Positions 1 to 12,282 of a DNA stretch of 64,000 nt are shown piece after piece. The stretch spans positions 1 to 64,000 of the IMG/VR virus record IMGVR_UViG_3300027659_000009. One strand, 5' to 3'. The position numbers were made by a program, and so were the translations under genes. The first letter of the stretch is position 1, and every line of letters starts with the position of its first letter. The DNA is from a virus. The notes below the pieces were generated by a model. The model was not told the DNA's origin, did not search any database, and was given only the letters and a program-made list of their open reading frames with translations.

Positions 1-9
1 ACTAAGTTT

Positions 10-225
10 GTGTCAAAAAATGGTGGTTGGAATCAATATAACAGATCATTAAACGCTTCTCTAAAAAAAGAAGAATATTTAGGAATAGTTTTTAAACCAG
101 AAGTTGATAGTGCAGTATTTATAAATAGAGGTATAGAAGATATATTTGAAAGACACGGAATATTATCTGAAATAAAAACAAGTAATGATATCGACACAAA
201 TAGAGGTGGATTTATAAGAATATAA
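10..225 (+). CDS. C-terminal part of a conserved jumbo-phage structural protein (probably starts upstream of the window)
   Basis: ORF at window edge, ends ...VFINRGIEDIFERHGILSEIKT..GGFIRI, co-oriented with the structural operon. Confidence 0.55.
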   Translation: MSKNGGWNQYNRSLNASLKKEEYLGIVFKPEVDSAVFINRGIEDIFERHGILSEIKTSNDIDTNRGGFIRI

Positions 226-235
226 AAATAAAGTT

Positions 236-1138
236 ATGGCTACAGGAAATTACGGAACTATAAGACCAGCGGATGTATCAATTGATGACGTTGAAATATT
301 TTACAGTTATACCCCCAATAGGGAATCATTAACAACAGTAGAATTACAATCATTGGATCCTGCAGAGGTATTAATTCCAGCAAATAACCCAAACAACGTC
401 AATGAGATTTTTGGTGGGTTATACACATTAAAATTACCTACTTCGGTATTTGGTTCTAAAGGGTTTTATAGTATTATTATAAGACCAAAACAAATTAGAA
501 CTACCATTCAAGATTGTGGACTATTAGTTGACAATCAAGATGTTACAGGTATTGTATTCAATATCAATCAAATACCACTTGAATTACAGAATAGATTTGA
601 AAATGGTAATTTAGTTGGTTATAGAGTGGAATATATAAAAGAACAAACAGGAACGGGTCAAGATAAAATCCAAAATCTATTTAGGATTATAACTTCAAAT
701 AATAGGGCATTGCCTGTATCACAAAATCAGGGTAATTCTAATGCGTCACAGGCATATACATTTAATGATAACTCAACAAGTGTATTCTGTACTGTATCAC
801 CCTCTTCTGCACCTTCAATTAAACCAAACGCAATACCTTTTATAGGTAATCCTTTACAGGATGTAATTATAACTAATACGTTTTTTAATCCAGTTATGTT
901 GGAGATAGAAATGGTGGAATTCGATGAAGAAACATTGGCTTACGCACTATTCTCTAACCAAACAAAATCTTTGGAAGATGGTATTTATACTATATACAAT
1001 TTCGGTAATCAGATTTACAGACAATACAATTTATATGAAGTTAAAGATCAGTTTACTGGTAAACCGTTGTATGAAGTTAGGGAACAGAAATTTACTATCG
1101 ACCCAACAAAAGATTTTGATGATATAACTAATTTCTAA
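236..1138 (+). CDS. Putative virion structural (baseplate-region) protein, 300 aa
   Basis: Long ORF, beta-rich composition, tightly packed in the structural operon. Confidence 0.6.
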   Translation: MATGNYGTIRPADVSIDDVEIFYSYTPNRESLTTVELQSLDPAEVLIPANNPNNVNEIFGGLYTLKLPTSVFGSKGFYSIIIRPKQIRTTIQDCGLLVDNQDVTGIVFNINQIPLELQNRFENGNLVGYRVEYIKEQTGTGQDKIQNLFRIITSNNRALPVSQNQGNSNASQAYTFNDNSTSVFCTVSPSSAPSIKPNAIPFIGNPLQDVIITNTFFNPVMLEIEMVEFDEETLAYALFSNQTKSLEDGIYTIYNFGNQIYRQYNLYEVKDQFTGKPLYEVREQKFTIDPTKDFDDITNF

Positions 1139-1145
1139 AACGTAA

Positions 1146-4100
1146 ATGGCAAAAAATAAAAGGATAAAAATTGCAGGATACGCTAAAAGGATATTTTTCA
1201 ATGACAACATTGAGTATAGGAATTTTAGTCCTGACTTAGTAGGGTTTCAACTTACTAGTGAAGGTGGTACAACGCTATTCACTAATGGTAATTTCTCAAT
1301 ATCAGTAAATTTAGATCCAAAGCCTAATGTATTATTTACTCAGGGAACTAAATCTAAATTTTTTACGTTAGATGATATTGTATCTGAAAATAGTCCACAA
1401 TTAGAAATACAAAAAAATTTAAAGACAAAACTTAATTTAGATTTAACAAATCCGATAAGTTATGTGTGGTATGGTTCGTCAAAAGAATTAATAAGAGCAT
1501 CCTTAATTGAAATACAAAATAATTATCCTGCTGCAATTTATGTAGACAATAAAGTTGGTAGTGTAAGTGGTAATAATATTACCGATTATGTTTATGATTT
1601 ATCGGCAGATGAATCTACATTTAAGGTAAATAGTAATTTCTTTGTTAATCCATATAATATAAAATATACTGTAGACGCTCAATTTACGCCTACGGAACAA
1701 ACGGAAAATCCTTTAAGAAATTTTACATTAAAACATACTTCTTATGTGATTGAACATAATGGTATTTTAAAAAATATAAAAAGTATAACACCTGCAACAC
1801 AAAAGACTAACTCTGAAATAGAATTAGTTGTTGATGGCAATCCTTTCCCAGAATTAACTGGATTAATATTACCACAAATATCTTTTTTAAGTGCACCAAT
1901 AGATGCACCAATACCGTATTTTATAAAACCGAATGAATCTGAAATAGAAAAATTCTTTTCAGGATTAAATGATTTACAATTAAATTTATTAGATAGGAAT
2001 ATATATCCAAAATATACATCTCAGTTTTATAGTACACAACCAACCGACAATGGTGTTTTACTAACAAGTAAGAAACTATTTAATTTCCCAATCTCAGAAG
2101 ATGGATATAACTTAAACTTTTTTGATAGTTACTATATTGCTTTCTTAGATAAAATGAATCAGTTAGGTGATGATTTAGATAATTCTAAAACTGACATAAT
2201 TGTAAGAAAATATACTACTGAGGCGGTAAATAGTTTTGATACCGTGCCAATGGCGGACGGTAATGATTATATTTTAAATGGTGAAAAGGCGACTAAATTA
2301 TTAAGAATATATGGTGTTGAATTTGATTATATTAAAAAATATATAAATGGAATTAAATTAGCACACGTTGTCACTTATGATAAGAAAAATAATGTACCTG
2401 ATGTATTAGTCAAAGATTTGGCGTATATGTTAGGTTTAGATCCTGTTACATTTATTACTGATAATTCGTTTAGTAAAATGTTTTTACCGAGTAATGGGGC
2501 TGGTGAATTTAGTGGTACTTCTACTAATATGACACAAAGTGAAATAGATATTGAACTTTACAGAAGATTGATATTGAATATTGCTTGGATATGGAAAAGT
2601 AAGGGTACTAGAAAAGCAGTAGAATTTTTGTTTAGATTTATTGGTGCACCAGAATCTTTAGTTAATTTTAACGAATACATTGTAATGGTAGATAAACCTT
2701 TAGATGTAGAAGAGATAAAAAGATTATTGTATATTTACACTGGTGAAGTAAATTTAGATATTATACCATACGATGAAAATGGATTTCCTTTACCACCGAT
2801 AAATGGTGATTTAGTTATTACAAATTATATTGATCAAACTACTGGACAATTAGTAGAAAATGATTATACTGAAATGTATTTCCAAAAAGCGGGAGGATGG
2901 TATAGAGAGACTTACGGTTCTAATGTAGTAACTAATTTGGACGGTAATAACCCACACGTTGGTCCATATGATGGTGGTAGTGAATACTTACAGTATTTTA
3001 GTAGGTGTTTTATACCTAACTTTAATTCAGAACCAACAGTCACTGTTACGGCAACAACTTTAGGTGAAAATTACTTTTTAAATTATAATCACGGTTTATT
3101 TAATAGTGTACCATCAGGTACCAGTGAATTTTATACTACTCAGTTAACATTTAATCCAGCGATTAATACATACCAATTCATAGAAGATTGTGTAGATGTT
3201 AATTATAGTATTATAGAAACACCATTACAGAACGATGGTAAAACAACATTTCAACAACAATTTGAGACTGCAGAACAAGCGTACTTAGATTATCAACAAC
3301 AAATACTACAAAATAGTTATTTGTCTTATTCACCTGAATGGTATGTAATTCAAAATAACTATATGGTGGCACAAAATAATGCGTTATTAGAAGTGTCATC
3401 AGAGAATTGTGATATTAACCAAACATTACAAATTTGTGTTAATGAAATCCCACGAGACAATTTTCAAATAGACTGTTCATCTTTAAGTGCGATAACTTGT
3501 GATCCGTATATATATTTTGTTAATTCTGGTGGTACTAAAGTATCATTTAATGAATTTGCTTCTTGTTGTACATCAGAAGGTGGTAAATATGTGACATATA
3601 CTAATGAAGAATGTAGAGTAGTAGAGTATTGTTCTAAGATAGCACCTTGTGTAGGGGAACCAGTGAATACATTACCTAACGGTATTATTGTATTTGATTT
3701 AACTAATAATACTATGCCTACTAACGTTTATTCATTTAATAATAGATGTTATCAACTAACATCTAATGGACAAACATACTTTTTTGGTTCAACATCATCA
3801 TCATCTGTAACGCCACAAAATTATTTAAATGCGTTAAACCCAAATGCGCCTGGAAGCCAATTTACAATATTATTTACACAAGTTTCGTGTCAGTTATCTA
3901 CTATAATTAGTAGTCCAGAATGTTGTGCGTGGTATGGATATAATTACCAAATAATAGAAGAAAACGATATAAGTTATATTGTTTGTACTTCAGGTAGTTC
4001 TTTAACTACAATACCACCAATAATAGATGATATTATTGGTTGGTTAGATGGGCAATTAAGTGGTACTACATCTACATCTGGAACCACAAGTCCTTCAGGA

Positions 4101-7100
4101 CCTACTCCAGTAGGTCCAGTAGGTCCAGCAGTAGGTCCAGTAGGTCCAGTATTACCTGTAGGCCCAGTAGGTCCAGTATTACCTGTAGGTCCAGTAGGTC
4201 CAGTATTACCTGTAGGTCCTGTAGGTCCTGCATTACCAGTAGGGATATCAACTGGTTCAGGGTTTTCTACATCCTCAACATTTTTACCTTTTACTCCTGT
4301 TATAGGTTTAGCTGGTACAACCTTACCAAATACAAATCCTATTGGTATTATAGGTTTGGGTGCAGAAACAATAGAGACACCTTTGGTTGGTACAACATTT
4401 GCAAATATTAATTCACAGATAAATCAAAGTACTATACAAGATCTAATTCAGACTTATAATGGCATAATAACATCTTATCAAAATCAAACTTTCGCAATAC
4501 CACCTTCATTATATAATACATCAATTGGGTATGTGGAATTACAAAACCCAATTGGTGAAGTACCACAATATTATTCTACTACAATTTTCGATGATTGTTT
4601 AGAAGAGGCTATTATAGTGATGGGTGTTGGTGAGGACTGTATAGATTGTTATGAGTCTATATTAAATTCGTTATTTGATGATCCTGACTTTATGAATCCT
4701 GAAAATTGGGTAGTTCATGTTATTGATGAATACGGTAGAGTTAGTTTTACGCCAGTAGAATATTATAATGATTTTATATTAGATTGGAATGCAACAGAAC
4801 AACTGGCACAATTGTACCAATCAGTAGGTGCGTTGTTCACACAATATACTTACGGTTCATTTTATATTGATACTACAACAAATAATCTAATACCTTATGT
4901 GGATAATGGTAACTTATATGTAGAAAATCCTAATTCCATATCAAATGCGGTGGTAGATCCAAACCATATCGGTTGTGGAAGTTTAGATAATGTATCAATA
5001 GTATTTGCAAGTGAGGCTTGGTCAGGATTTAAATTACCTGAAGTTACAGATTGTTCTTGTAAAGTTGACTTTTCTTTTGATTATATGATAAAATATCAAA
5101 CAGAAAATTTAAATGAATGTGTGACAAGAATTAATTGTTACCCTGCCATAATACATGATAATTCACTTAATAGTTTGTCTTGTATGAACTTTGTTTCATT
5201 TACAAATAGTGAAGAAGATAGTTCGTTATTAGAAAATAATTTTAACGATATTGAAGATGTTACTGAAGAGTATGTCATATGGCAAAACACACAACAAAAC
5301 GAACCTATCGTTGAGTGTTGTAATGCCGTTGGCGGTAACATCACCCCAATGGAAGTATGGTATTCCGTAAATTATGATCATGGTTTATTTAATAATATTA
5401 CTAACACATATTTAGAAATTACAACTACACCTAATAGTGAGTTATTAAATACATTAGATTTTGATTATAGTGAATTAATAACTTATGGTACTGATTTAAA
5501 TTCCATAAAAAATGAATTAAGTATTACTATTGGTGAATGTTATTTACTTAATATAGAAGAACCTGGTTGTTTTATAGATTTTAATCAATATATTACTACT
5601 ACAAATATTTGTATGTTACAAATACCATTAGAGTATGGACTTTGGACTAATTTATATCTGAATTATAAAAATACTATTGAAGGTATTAATGGGGTAATTT
5701 CACAATATGAGTCAAACTGTGTAGTAGAAGGAACTACCGAAAACCTACCAACTAAGTCGGTTTTAACAAATGAAATTATTAATTCGGAAAAACAAAAAAA
5801 TAAAGTAATATCGGAAAAAGACGTACAAGTTGATATATTAGTTACTGAAAATGGAAAGTTAAAAACTACTCTATCAATTGTTGAAACACAGATAAATCAA
5901 AAGAATAGTCAAATAGATGTAATTAATAAAGCATTATCAGATGTTACATTACCTTTAGACTGTAAAATTTATGAAGATAAAATTACTGAAATAGACTCTT
6001 TTAATGTAGATGGTTACTGTAAGGCTCAAGTTTATGGTGTTAAAAAAGAAATTAATTTAAGTGATGGAAATTTATATAAAAATTGTGTTAAACTTGAAAA
6101 TCAAAGATTACAGTCTGAAAAAAATATATATGTAGATTTATTAAATAATTGTAATGGAATTAATTTACTTGAACAAAAATTAGTTAATGCTAAATTCCAA
6201 AACAATCAAAAATCAATTAACTCATTAATTAAGGAAATAGGTGTTGGACAAAAAAATATTAATACTTTATCTAAAAAATATGAAGTTATTGGAAATGAAA
6301 CAACAAAAACATCTCAGTTGGATCAAAATGACTACATTAATACTATAAATGAGACTGCGAAGATATTGGGTGTTACACCTAAAGAAATTACTAATAGTGA
6401 AGGATATATAAATTTGACAGATAGTGAAAAAATAACTTTATCTATTGAATTACAAAAAAACAAAACACAGGTTAGTAGTTTAGAAAATCAAAAAAGTGAA
6501 TTAACATATGATATTACAGTAAATGATAATAATGTTTTAAAAACTACTTTTACTACGGAACAAGTGGTGGATGTCATAGTAGAAGATGTATCTACAGTAC
6601 CTAGTCCTTGTGATCCAGAAATACCGAACCCATGTTGTAATCAAGAATTATTAAATTATTTAAATAATACATTAGAGTTATTACAAACAAAACTTTTAGA
6701 GATTGAGAATGTTACAGAATCTCTTTATGATCAATGGTATTCTGAAATATTATCACAATATAATGATTATATTAATAGTACTGAAAGTTACCTAACATTA
6801 ATAGATAATTTAAAACTTAATTTTAAATTATTTGTAGATAATAATAATTTAGTATATACAAATCAAGTAGATTCAAACCTTACATATTTACCGTACACAC
6901 AATCAGTTAATCCTTTTTGGGAATTTAACCCTTCTGTTGGGTACAGTGGTATTATTTTAGAAGGTACAGAACAAGATATTGCGGTAATAGAAGATTCGAT
7001 ATATACGGAATTATCTAATTCTAATACCCCATATAATTCAAACTTATTTGAACCTAATTGGGGTACTTTTAATTTCACAATACCAAATTGTGTGTGTGAT

Positions 7101-9308
7101 GATTTAAGAAGACTATACCCTAACAAAGAATTTTTCTTCTCAGTAGAAATAGAAAATTATAACTGTTCAGTATGTCTATTAGTGGATAATATTATAATTA
7201 ATGTATCCGACTGTAAAACCGAAAGGTTGGTTTCGTTAAACAATTGTTTAATACCACAACTTAGTTGTGTGATAGACAATAAAAAATCTTGGGTTTATAC
7301 AGAACAAGGGATTATAAGAGAAACAATTTATCCTGATGGACCTTGTAATACTGCCTCCACAAGTAACTATCAAATAGTTAAAATGGGTACACCTGAAGAA
7401 AGGTTGTGGACTGATTTAGAGTATAGATATACAAATTATGACGTTAACCATTCTGATTTAATAATTAATGTTAAAAACACTACATTTAGTATTGATCCTG
7501 CAAAGGCAATTGAATGTGATGTATTTAATTATTGGAAGAATATAGATTGTAGTGGTAGTTGTCCTACTAGTTGTACATCAGCCAGTACGGTAGTGTACGA
7601 TGGACAAGTTTACAGTTCAACAACATTGGTAGATTATACATTAGACTTATCTGCATCTACAACTGGATTAACATTTAGTTGTTCAACAATTACTAATAGT
7701 TTAGAAACTATTGTCACTAATTTAAAAAATCAATATTATACATTAACTTCAGATTATATTAATTCTTTAAATGCAACATATTATGATTTACAGAATTTAG
7801 GATATCCTTTATCTAATTTTAATATACAAAATAATAATTGTGGTACAGATACTATAGTTATAAATAATAACCAATCGACAAACAATCTTTTCAGTTTAAT
7901 AACTGAAAACTATGATGGTACATTATCTGTTTATGAATCATATATCTTCTCAGGTAGTACACCATACACTGGTGGTACTTTAGTTGAGGTTTTAAGTGGT
8001 ATTACTGCCCAAACATTCAACCAAACAACATTTGTTAATGAGGATTGTTGTAACACATTAAATAATTTATTAAATAGTGAAGGTGTAAATGGTTTAGGTA
8101 TAGGAAAAAATTATCAGTGGGATAGTAACAATGGATATTGTGTGTGGAAACCTATTGATGGTTGTAGTGTTTGTGAAGGTGATTGTGAATACTGTGGGAC
8201 ATTAAACGAATGTTCAAACGGACATTACACTGGTAGTTCTTACAATATATGTATTAACCCATTAAATTATTTAGATATACAACCATCAGAAATTAATGTT
8301 AAAGACGTATTTGATCAATTAGTGCAATCAAATTTAATTGATGTAAAGAGTAGACAAACTATAAGTGACTATCCATTATTGAGATTATTCTATGAACTTT
8401 ACTTAAATGCAAATAATTGTGGTAAAGAATTGTCAGGTAAATTCACATATAATACTATGTTCGAATTTATGGATAAAATTGGTGACTATTGGTTAAATTT
8501 ATTAGAACAAGTAGTTCCCGCAACTACTATTTGGGAGGGATGTGATAATTCTGGTAAGGTTTATAGAAACACAATTTTTGATCAAAATAAATATCAATAT
8601 AAAAGATACAGTTTAAATCTTATTGAAACTACAACAACTTGTCTGTTAAGTGGATATACTGATTTTAGTATTGGTTCTGAAGATGTTTATTCGTTAGTAG
8701 AACAAATACCATTATTCCCAAGTAATAATGTTATTAATAATATTAAAAATCAAATAAAAATAAAAACTATTCAAATAGATATAGTTAAAGATAATATAGT
8801 TGCACAAAATAAGATATTGTGTTCACTTAATTTACAGGATTTTGATACTCCTAATTTACAGACACAGATTGATTTAGTTACCGCACAAATTACATTATTA
8901 ACAAACAATCTTAATAATTTAGAGACACAATTGAATGACTTATATACTAACTTAAGTAACGAAGAAACACAATATATATTACAACAACAAAATTATTATA
9001 GTAATTTTACTAGTTGTAGTGGAATTACAGAAACCTTAGTATTGGCAGAAAGTAATTTAAATAATTTCATACCAGGAACAACACTTTACGAAAGACAAAG
9101 AAATTATATTGCAATTTTGAGAAATAAGGTAAATAAATGTGTAAGAATTACTAATACTTTAATTAGCGATTATGATACAGTATTCATCACTCAAATTTAT
9201 GATACTAATGAGTATGAGGGTAATGTGACAATAATTGGGGATCCTGATTGGGAAGAAGGTGGTTATTTTTATAATCAAGAATTAATACATAATTGTACAA
9301 CAGAATAA
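1146..9308 (+). CDS. Giant (2720 aa) baseplate wedge/tail-associated protein with P2 gpI-like motif, Cys-rich modules, Pro-rich repeat and coiled coils
   Basis: [18 protein letters not shown] resembles the P2 gpI / baseplate wedge KGT motif; many CC/CxxC; (PVGPVGPVL)n; heptad-rich segments. Confidence 0.65.
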   Translation: MAKNKRIKIAGYAKRIFFNDNIEYRNFSPDLVGFQLTSEGGTTLFTNGNFSISVNLDPKPNVLFTQGTKSKFFTLDDIVSENSPQLEIQKNLKTKLNLDLTNPISYVWYGSSKELIRASLIEIQNNYPAAIYVDNKVGSVSGNNITDYVYDLSADESTFKVNSNFFVNPYNIKYTVDAQFTPTEQTENPLRNFTLKHTSYVIEHNGILKNIKSITPATQKTNSEIELVVDGNPFPELTGLILPQISFLSAPIDAPIPYFIKPNESEIEKFFSGLNDLQLNLLDRNIYPKYTSQFYSTQPTDNGVLLTSKKLFNFPISEDGYNLNFFDSYYIAFLDKMNQLGDDLDNSKTDIIVRKYTTEAVNSFDTVPMADGNDYILNGEKATKLLRIYGVEFDYIKKYINGIKLAHVVTYDKKNNVPDVLVKDLAYMLGLDPVTFITDNSFSKMFLPSNGAGEFSGTSTNMTQSEIDIELYRRLILNIAWIWKSKGTRKAVEFLFRFIGAPESLVNFNEYIVMVDKPLDVEEIKRLLYIYTGEVNLDIIPYDENGFPLPPINGDLVITNYIDQTTGQLVENDYTEMYFQKAGGWYRETYGSNVVTNLDGNNPHVGPYDGGSEYLQYFSRCFIPNFNSEPTVTVTATTLGENYFLNYNHGLFNSVPSGTSEFYTTQLTFNPAINTYQFIEDCVDVNYSIIETPLQNDGKTTFQQQFETAEQAYLDYQQQILQNSYLSYSPEWYVIQNNYMVAQNNALLEVSSENCDINQTLQICVNEIPRDNFQIDCSSLSAITCDPYIYFVNSGGTKVSFNEFASCCTSEGGKYVTYTNEECRVVEYCSKIAPCVGEPVNTLPNGIIVFDLTNNTMPTNVYSFNNRCYQLTSNGQTYFFGSTSSSSVTPQNYLNALNPNAPGSQFTILFTQVSCQLSTIISSPECCAWYGYNYQIIEENDISYIVCTSGSSLTTIPPIIDDIIGWLDGQLSGTTSTSGTTSPSGPTPVGPVGPAVGPVGPVLPVGPVGPVLPVGPVGPVLPVGPVGPALPVGISTGSGFSTSSTFLPFTPVIGLAGTTLPNTNPIGIIGLGAETIETPLVGTTFANINSQINQSTIQDLIQTYNGIITSYQNQTFAIPPSLYNTSIGYVELQNPIGEVPQYYSTTIFDDCLEEAIIVMGVGEDCIDCYESILNSLFDDPDFMNPENWVVHVIDEYGRVSFTPVEYYNDFILDWNATEQLAQLYQSVGALFTQYTYGSFYIDTTTNNLIPYVDNGNLYVENPNSISNAVVDPNHIGCGSLDNVSIVFASEAWSGFKLPEVTDCSCKVDFSFDYMIKYQTENLNECVTRINCYPAIIHDNSLNSLSCMNFVSFTNSEEDSSLLENNFNDIEDVTEEYVIWQNTQQNEPIVECCNAVGGNITPMEVWYSVNYDHGLFNNITNTYLEITTTPNSELLNTLDFDYSELITYGTDLNSIKNELSITIGECYLLNIEEPGCFIDFNQYITTTNICMLQIPLEYGLWTNLYLNYKNTIEGINGVISQYESNCVVEGTTENLPTKSVLTNEIINSEKQKNKVISEKDVQVDILVTENGKLKTTLSIVETQINQKNSQIDVINKALSDVTLPLDCKIYEDKITEIDSFNVDGYCKAQVYGVKKEINLSDGNLYKNCVKLENQRLQSEKNIYVDLLNNCNGINLLEQKLVNAKFQNNQKSINSLIKEIGVGQKNINTLSKKYEVIGNETTKTSQLDQNDYINTINETAKILGVTPKEITNSEGYINLTDSEKITLSIELQKNKTQVSSLENQKSELTYDITVNDNNVLKTTFTTEQVVDVIVEDVSTVPSPCDPEIPNPCCNQELLNYLNNTLELLQTKLLEIENVTESLYDQWYSEILSQYNDYINSTESYLTLIDNLKLNFKLFVDNNNLVYTNQVDSNLTYLPYTQSVNPFWEFNPSVGYSGIILEGTEQDIAVIEDSIYTELSNSNTPYNSNLFEPNWGTFNFTIPNCVCDDLRRLYPNKEFFFSVEIENYNCSVCLLVDNIIINVSDCKTERLVSLNNCLIPQLSCVIDNKKSWVYTEQGIIRETIYPDGPCNTASTSNYQIVKMGTPEERLWTDLEYRYTNYDVNHSDLIINVKNTTFSIDPAKAIECDVFNYWKNIDCSGSCPTSCTSASTVVYDGQVYSSTTLVDYTLDLSASTTGLTFSCSTITNSLETIVTNLKNQYYTLTSDYINSLNATYYDLQNLGYPLSNFNIQNNNCGTDTIVINNNQSTNNLFSLITENYDGTLSVYESYIFSGSTPYTGGTLVEVLSGITAQTFNQTTFVNEDCCNTLNNLLNSEGVNGLGIGKNYQWDSNNGYCVWKPIDGCSVCEGDCEYCGTLNECSNGHYTGSSYNICINPLNYLDIQPSEINVKDVFDQLVQSNLIDVKSRQTISDYPLLRLFYELYLNANNCGKELSGKFTYNTMFEFMDKIGDYWLNLLEQVVPATTIWEGCDNSGKVYRNTIFDQNKYQYKRYSLNLIETTTTCLLSGYTDFSIGSEDVYSLVEQIPLFPSNNVINNIKNQIKIKTIQIDIVKDNIVAQNKILCSLNLQDFDTPNLQTQIDLVTAQITLLTNNLNNLETQLNDLYTNLSNEETQYILQQQNYYSNFTSCSGITETLVLAESNLNNFIPGTTLYERQRNYIAILRNKVNKCVRITNTLISDYDTVFITQIYDTNEYEGNVTIIGDPDWEEGGYFYNQELIHNCTTE
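4107..4243 (+). repeat. In-frame 9/27-nt tandem repeat encoding (PVG)n/(PVGPVGPVL)n
   Basis: Repeated gtaggtcca and gtaggtccagtaggtccagtattacct units seen directly. Confidence 0.95.
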
Positions 9309-9330
9309 AATTAAAAAGTATTTATAAATA

Positions 9331-12237
9331 ATGGCTAGTATAAGAGGTAAAATAGAAAATCCTGTATATCTTTCAGCAAATGTGATAAGTGAAATAGAAT
9401 CACCTGTGGATGTAAGAATATCTACTGATGTGCAATATAATGCCTCATCAGTATCCACATTCATTGAAACTAAGACGGCATTATTTTTACCAACAGACTT
9501 ATCTAACGCTAAAAACTTATATGTTTTGAGTAATCCTCAAAGTTATGGGAATACAATTTTTTCTAATCTTTTGACGGAAAAATTTTTATTATTTTCTTTA
9601 TCGGGTAATAGTAGTGATAGTAATATGACTATTTCGGTAGAACCTAATAATAATTTATTATATATAGATGGTGGTAAAAAATATAGTTTACTATCTAGTA
9701 GAAATGAAAGTAAGAATTTTGGTTGGGAACCTGTAAGTAATAGATACCAATACTCACACATAGAAAGATCAGACTTTGATAGTTTTGATTTTCCACAAGT
9801 TACTGTAAGTGGGACTAGGAAAATACCGACAACTACTGCAGACACTCTTTGTGGTCCAGTTACTTATACAGGATATACATATGATAGGTTAAATTATAAT
9901 TGGTTTTTTGGTACTAATGCGGGTATCACATTTAATCCCATACAATCTGGTGGTACACCCACATCTATTAGTGGGTCAGTAATTTCTCAGGAAGGGGTAT
10001 CTTCAATATCTAACATAGAGGGTAGATTATTATTCTATACAAATGGTGAAACGGTATATACTAGTGGTAATACTGTAATGGTTAATGGGACAGGACTAGC
10101 AAGTTCTGGTACATCAACACAGTCATCAATAATAGTACCTAGACCTAACACAAATAAGTACTATATATTTACAACAGACTATAATGGATCACCAAATGGT
10201 TTAGAGTATTCTATTGTTAATATGGACTTACAAAATGGAAATGGTGAGGTAGAAACAAAAAATATTAAATTAATTAATACACCTATAACAGAAAAAGTAA
10301 CATCTTGTCTTCATAGTAATGGCGTGGATTATTGGGTTATCGCACACACTAGTGGAAACACCAACTTCTATTCCTATTTAATTACTCAAAGTGGTTTAAG
10401 TGGACCAATAGTAACTAGTATTGGTAGTACACATAATACTGCTAGAGGGTATATGAAAACTTCACCAGATGGAAATAAATTAGTTTCCTTACTTTATGAT
10501 GAGGATATTGTCGATATTTTTGATTTTAATTCTTCTGCAGGTACATTAAGTAATTTAATAACACTTACAGGATTTTCATATAATGTTGGACCTTATGGTT
10601 TAGAATTTTCATCAGACTCTTCTAAATTTTATGTTTCTGAAGGTGCAGGTGAAGAAATTTATCAGTTTAATTTATCCTATACTTCTGCAACAGAAATAAC
10701 TGAAAATGTTATAGAAATCACATCTTTAAGTGGGGCAAGTTTAGGGGCATTACAAATGGGACCTGATGAAAAAATATATGTTGCCGATTATAATAAATCT
10801 TATTTACATATGATACATAGACCAGATGGTTTAGGAGTGTTATGTAATTTTGAAGAAAATGGGTTTAGTTTAACTACATCAGGTGTAACTGGTACAACAT
10901 CCAGTTGGGGGCTACCAAATATAGTTACGAATAAATCATTATCACCTGATAGGTTTGTATACCTTATTAATAGTGGTAGATTAGGTTATTTATTTAATGT
11001 TTTAGTTAATAACGTTAATGATGTTGTAGAACCTAAAAAATTATCATACTATGGCGAAGTATATAAATACGATCAAATAAATAGTGGATTTACTAGTTCA
11101 TCGTTATATAATTTTAGTATTGGTTATGAAAATTTAACAGGTAATACTGGTAATACAATTTTCTTACCTTCAATTAGTTTAGGTGAAGGTGAATTTCTAA
11201 TTAAATCATATTGGCAGTATGACGTAAATACTTTATTAGCGAAACAACAACAAATTAGAAAAAATAGTTTAGATACATATAAAAGAGGTATTCTTTATGG
11301 TTTATATTATCCTGAAACGGATTGGTATTTTATTAGTATGTTTGAGGCAGAAAAACCATTGTTTAATAATTCGGTGGCACCAGCCCCCCCTAGTATAGAT
11401 TCATTAGTAGTTCAAACCGTATTTACCGATAGTAGTACTACACAATATAGTGTGAATGGGTTATCTGACCCAATAGTTAGTTACAATGGTTCAGTTTTAG
11501 CCAAAGGTATAGAATATAGTGCAAATACAACGGCTTCAACACCTTATGTACAATTACTGTTCACACCATTAGATAAACAAATATTGACTTACGCGTATGT
11601 AGATAATGGTACATCTAATAATTTGTATGGAGATGTATATAGTATTAGTACTACAATAACTAGTGGTGCAACTGGTACTCAAACAACAAATGATAGAGTT
11701 TTTTATAACATAACAGAAAGTAAATATGAATTTTATCTACTATCGTCACCTGCAAGTGATATAGTCCTTTCAATTAATGGTTCAATTTTATCAAAAGGTA
11801 TAGAATATTTAGTGTCAAACTCTAATGATAGAAGAATTATTTTAGAAGAAACGTTAAATGTTACTGACATTATAGAAGCATTTTATGTACCTAATTCAAG
11901 TGTAAACGGACTAGTACCAACCAATACTCCTATAATAAGTTGGTCAATAAATTCCTCACCTTTAAGTGTAAATGGAAAGTTTACCATAGAATTTGCGGAT
12001 GTAAACGACACTAATTTCCAAAATATATTATATAGTGGTGTAACTGACTATATTTTGGGTGAAAAAACATATATAAGTTTAGTAACATTGACAAATGCGG
12101 TGGCTGGTGATAAATTTATATATAGGATAAAAAATGAAAAATTTTATACCCCTATTATGGGTGAAGTCATATATAGTTTTATATATAGTGATGTTAGTAA
12201 AATAGAAATACAATATAATAGTGGAAACGCATATTAA
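9331..12237 (+). CDS. Putative tail/receptor-binding protein with Bacteroidota-type beta-propeller domain
   Basis: NWFFGTNAGITF, QSSIIVP, DYWVIAH, GYMKTSPDG, YGLEFS, GALQMGPDEKIYV, GLPN motifs; two NGSxLxKGIEY repeats near the C-terminus. Confidence 0.6.
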   Translation: MASIRGKIENPVYLSANVISEIESPVDVRISTDVQYNASSVSTFIETKTALFLPTDLSNAKNLYVLSNPQSYGNTIFSNLLTEKFLLFSLSGNSSDSNMTISVEPNNNLLYIDGGKKYSLLSSRNESKNFGWEPVSNRYQYSHIERSDFDSFDFPQVTVSGTRKIPTTTADTLCGPVTYTGYTYDRLNYNWFFGTNAGITFNPIQSGGTPTSISGSVISQEGVSSISNIEGRLLFYTNGETVYTSGNTVMVNGTGLASSGTSTQSSIIVPRPNTNKYYIFTTDYNGSPNGLEYSIVNMDLQNGNGEVETKNIKLINTPITEKVTSCLHSNGVDYWVIAHTSGNTNFYSYLITQSGLSGPIVTSIGSTHNTARGYMKTSPDGNKLVSLLYDEDIVDIFDFNSSAGTLSNLITLTGFSYNVGPYGLEFSSDSSKFYVSEGAGEEIYQFNLSYTSATEITENVIEITSLSGASLGALQMGPDEKIYVADYNKSYLHMIHRPDGLGVLCNFEENGFSLTTSGVTGTTSSWGLPNIVTNKSLSPDRFVYLINSGRLGYLFNVLVNNVNDVVEPKKLSYYGEVYKYDQINSGFTSSSLYNFSIGYENLTGNTGNTIFLPSISLGEGEFLIKSYWQYDVNTLLAKQQQIRKNSLDTYKRGILYGLYYPETDWYFISMFEAEKPLFNNSVAPAPPSIDSLVVQTVFTDSSTTQYSVNGLSDPIVSYNGSVLAKGIEYSANTTASTPYVQLLFTPLDKQILTYAYVDNGTSNNLYGDVYSISTTITSGATGTQTTNDRVFYNITESKYEFYLLSSPASDIVLSINGSILSKGIEYLVSNSNDRRIILEETLNVTDIIEAFYVPNSSVNGLVPTNTPIISWSINSSPLSVNGKFTIEFADVNDTNFQNILYSGVTDYILGEKTYISLVTLTNAVAGDKFIYRIKNEKFYTPIMGEVIYSFIYSDVSKIEIQYNSGNAY

Positions 12238-12282
12238 AAATAATAACATTCAATATATTTATTAATAAATAAAAAAAGGAAA

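Noticed and set aside
4107-4243. Possible CRISPR array or collagen domain
   Set aside because: No unique spacers and the repeat is in-frame coding; Gly-X-Y periodicity is broken by Leu/Ala, so it is not a true collagen helix.
4040-4411. 123-aa ORF with SSR repeats
   Set aside because: Alternative-frame shadow of the PVG repeat inside the 2720-aa gene.
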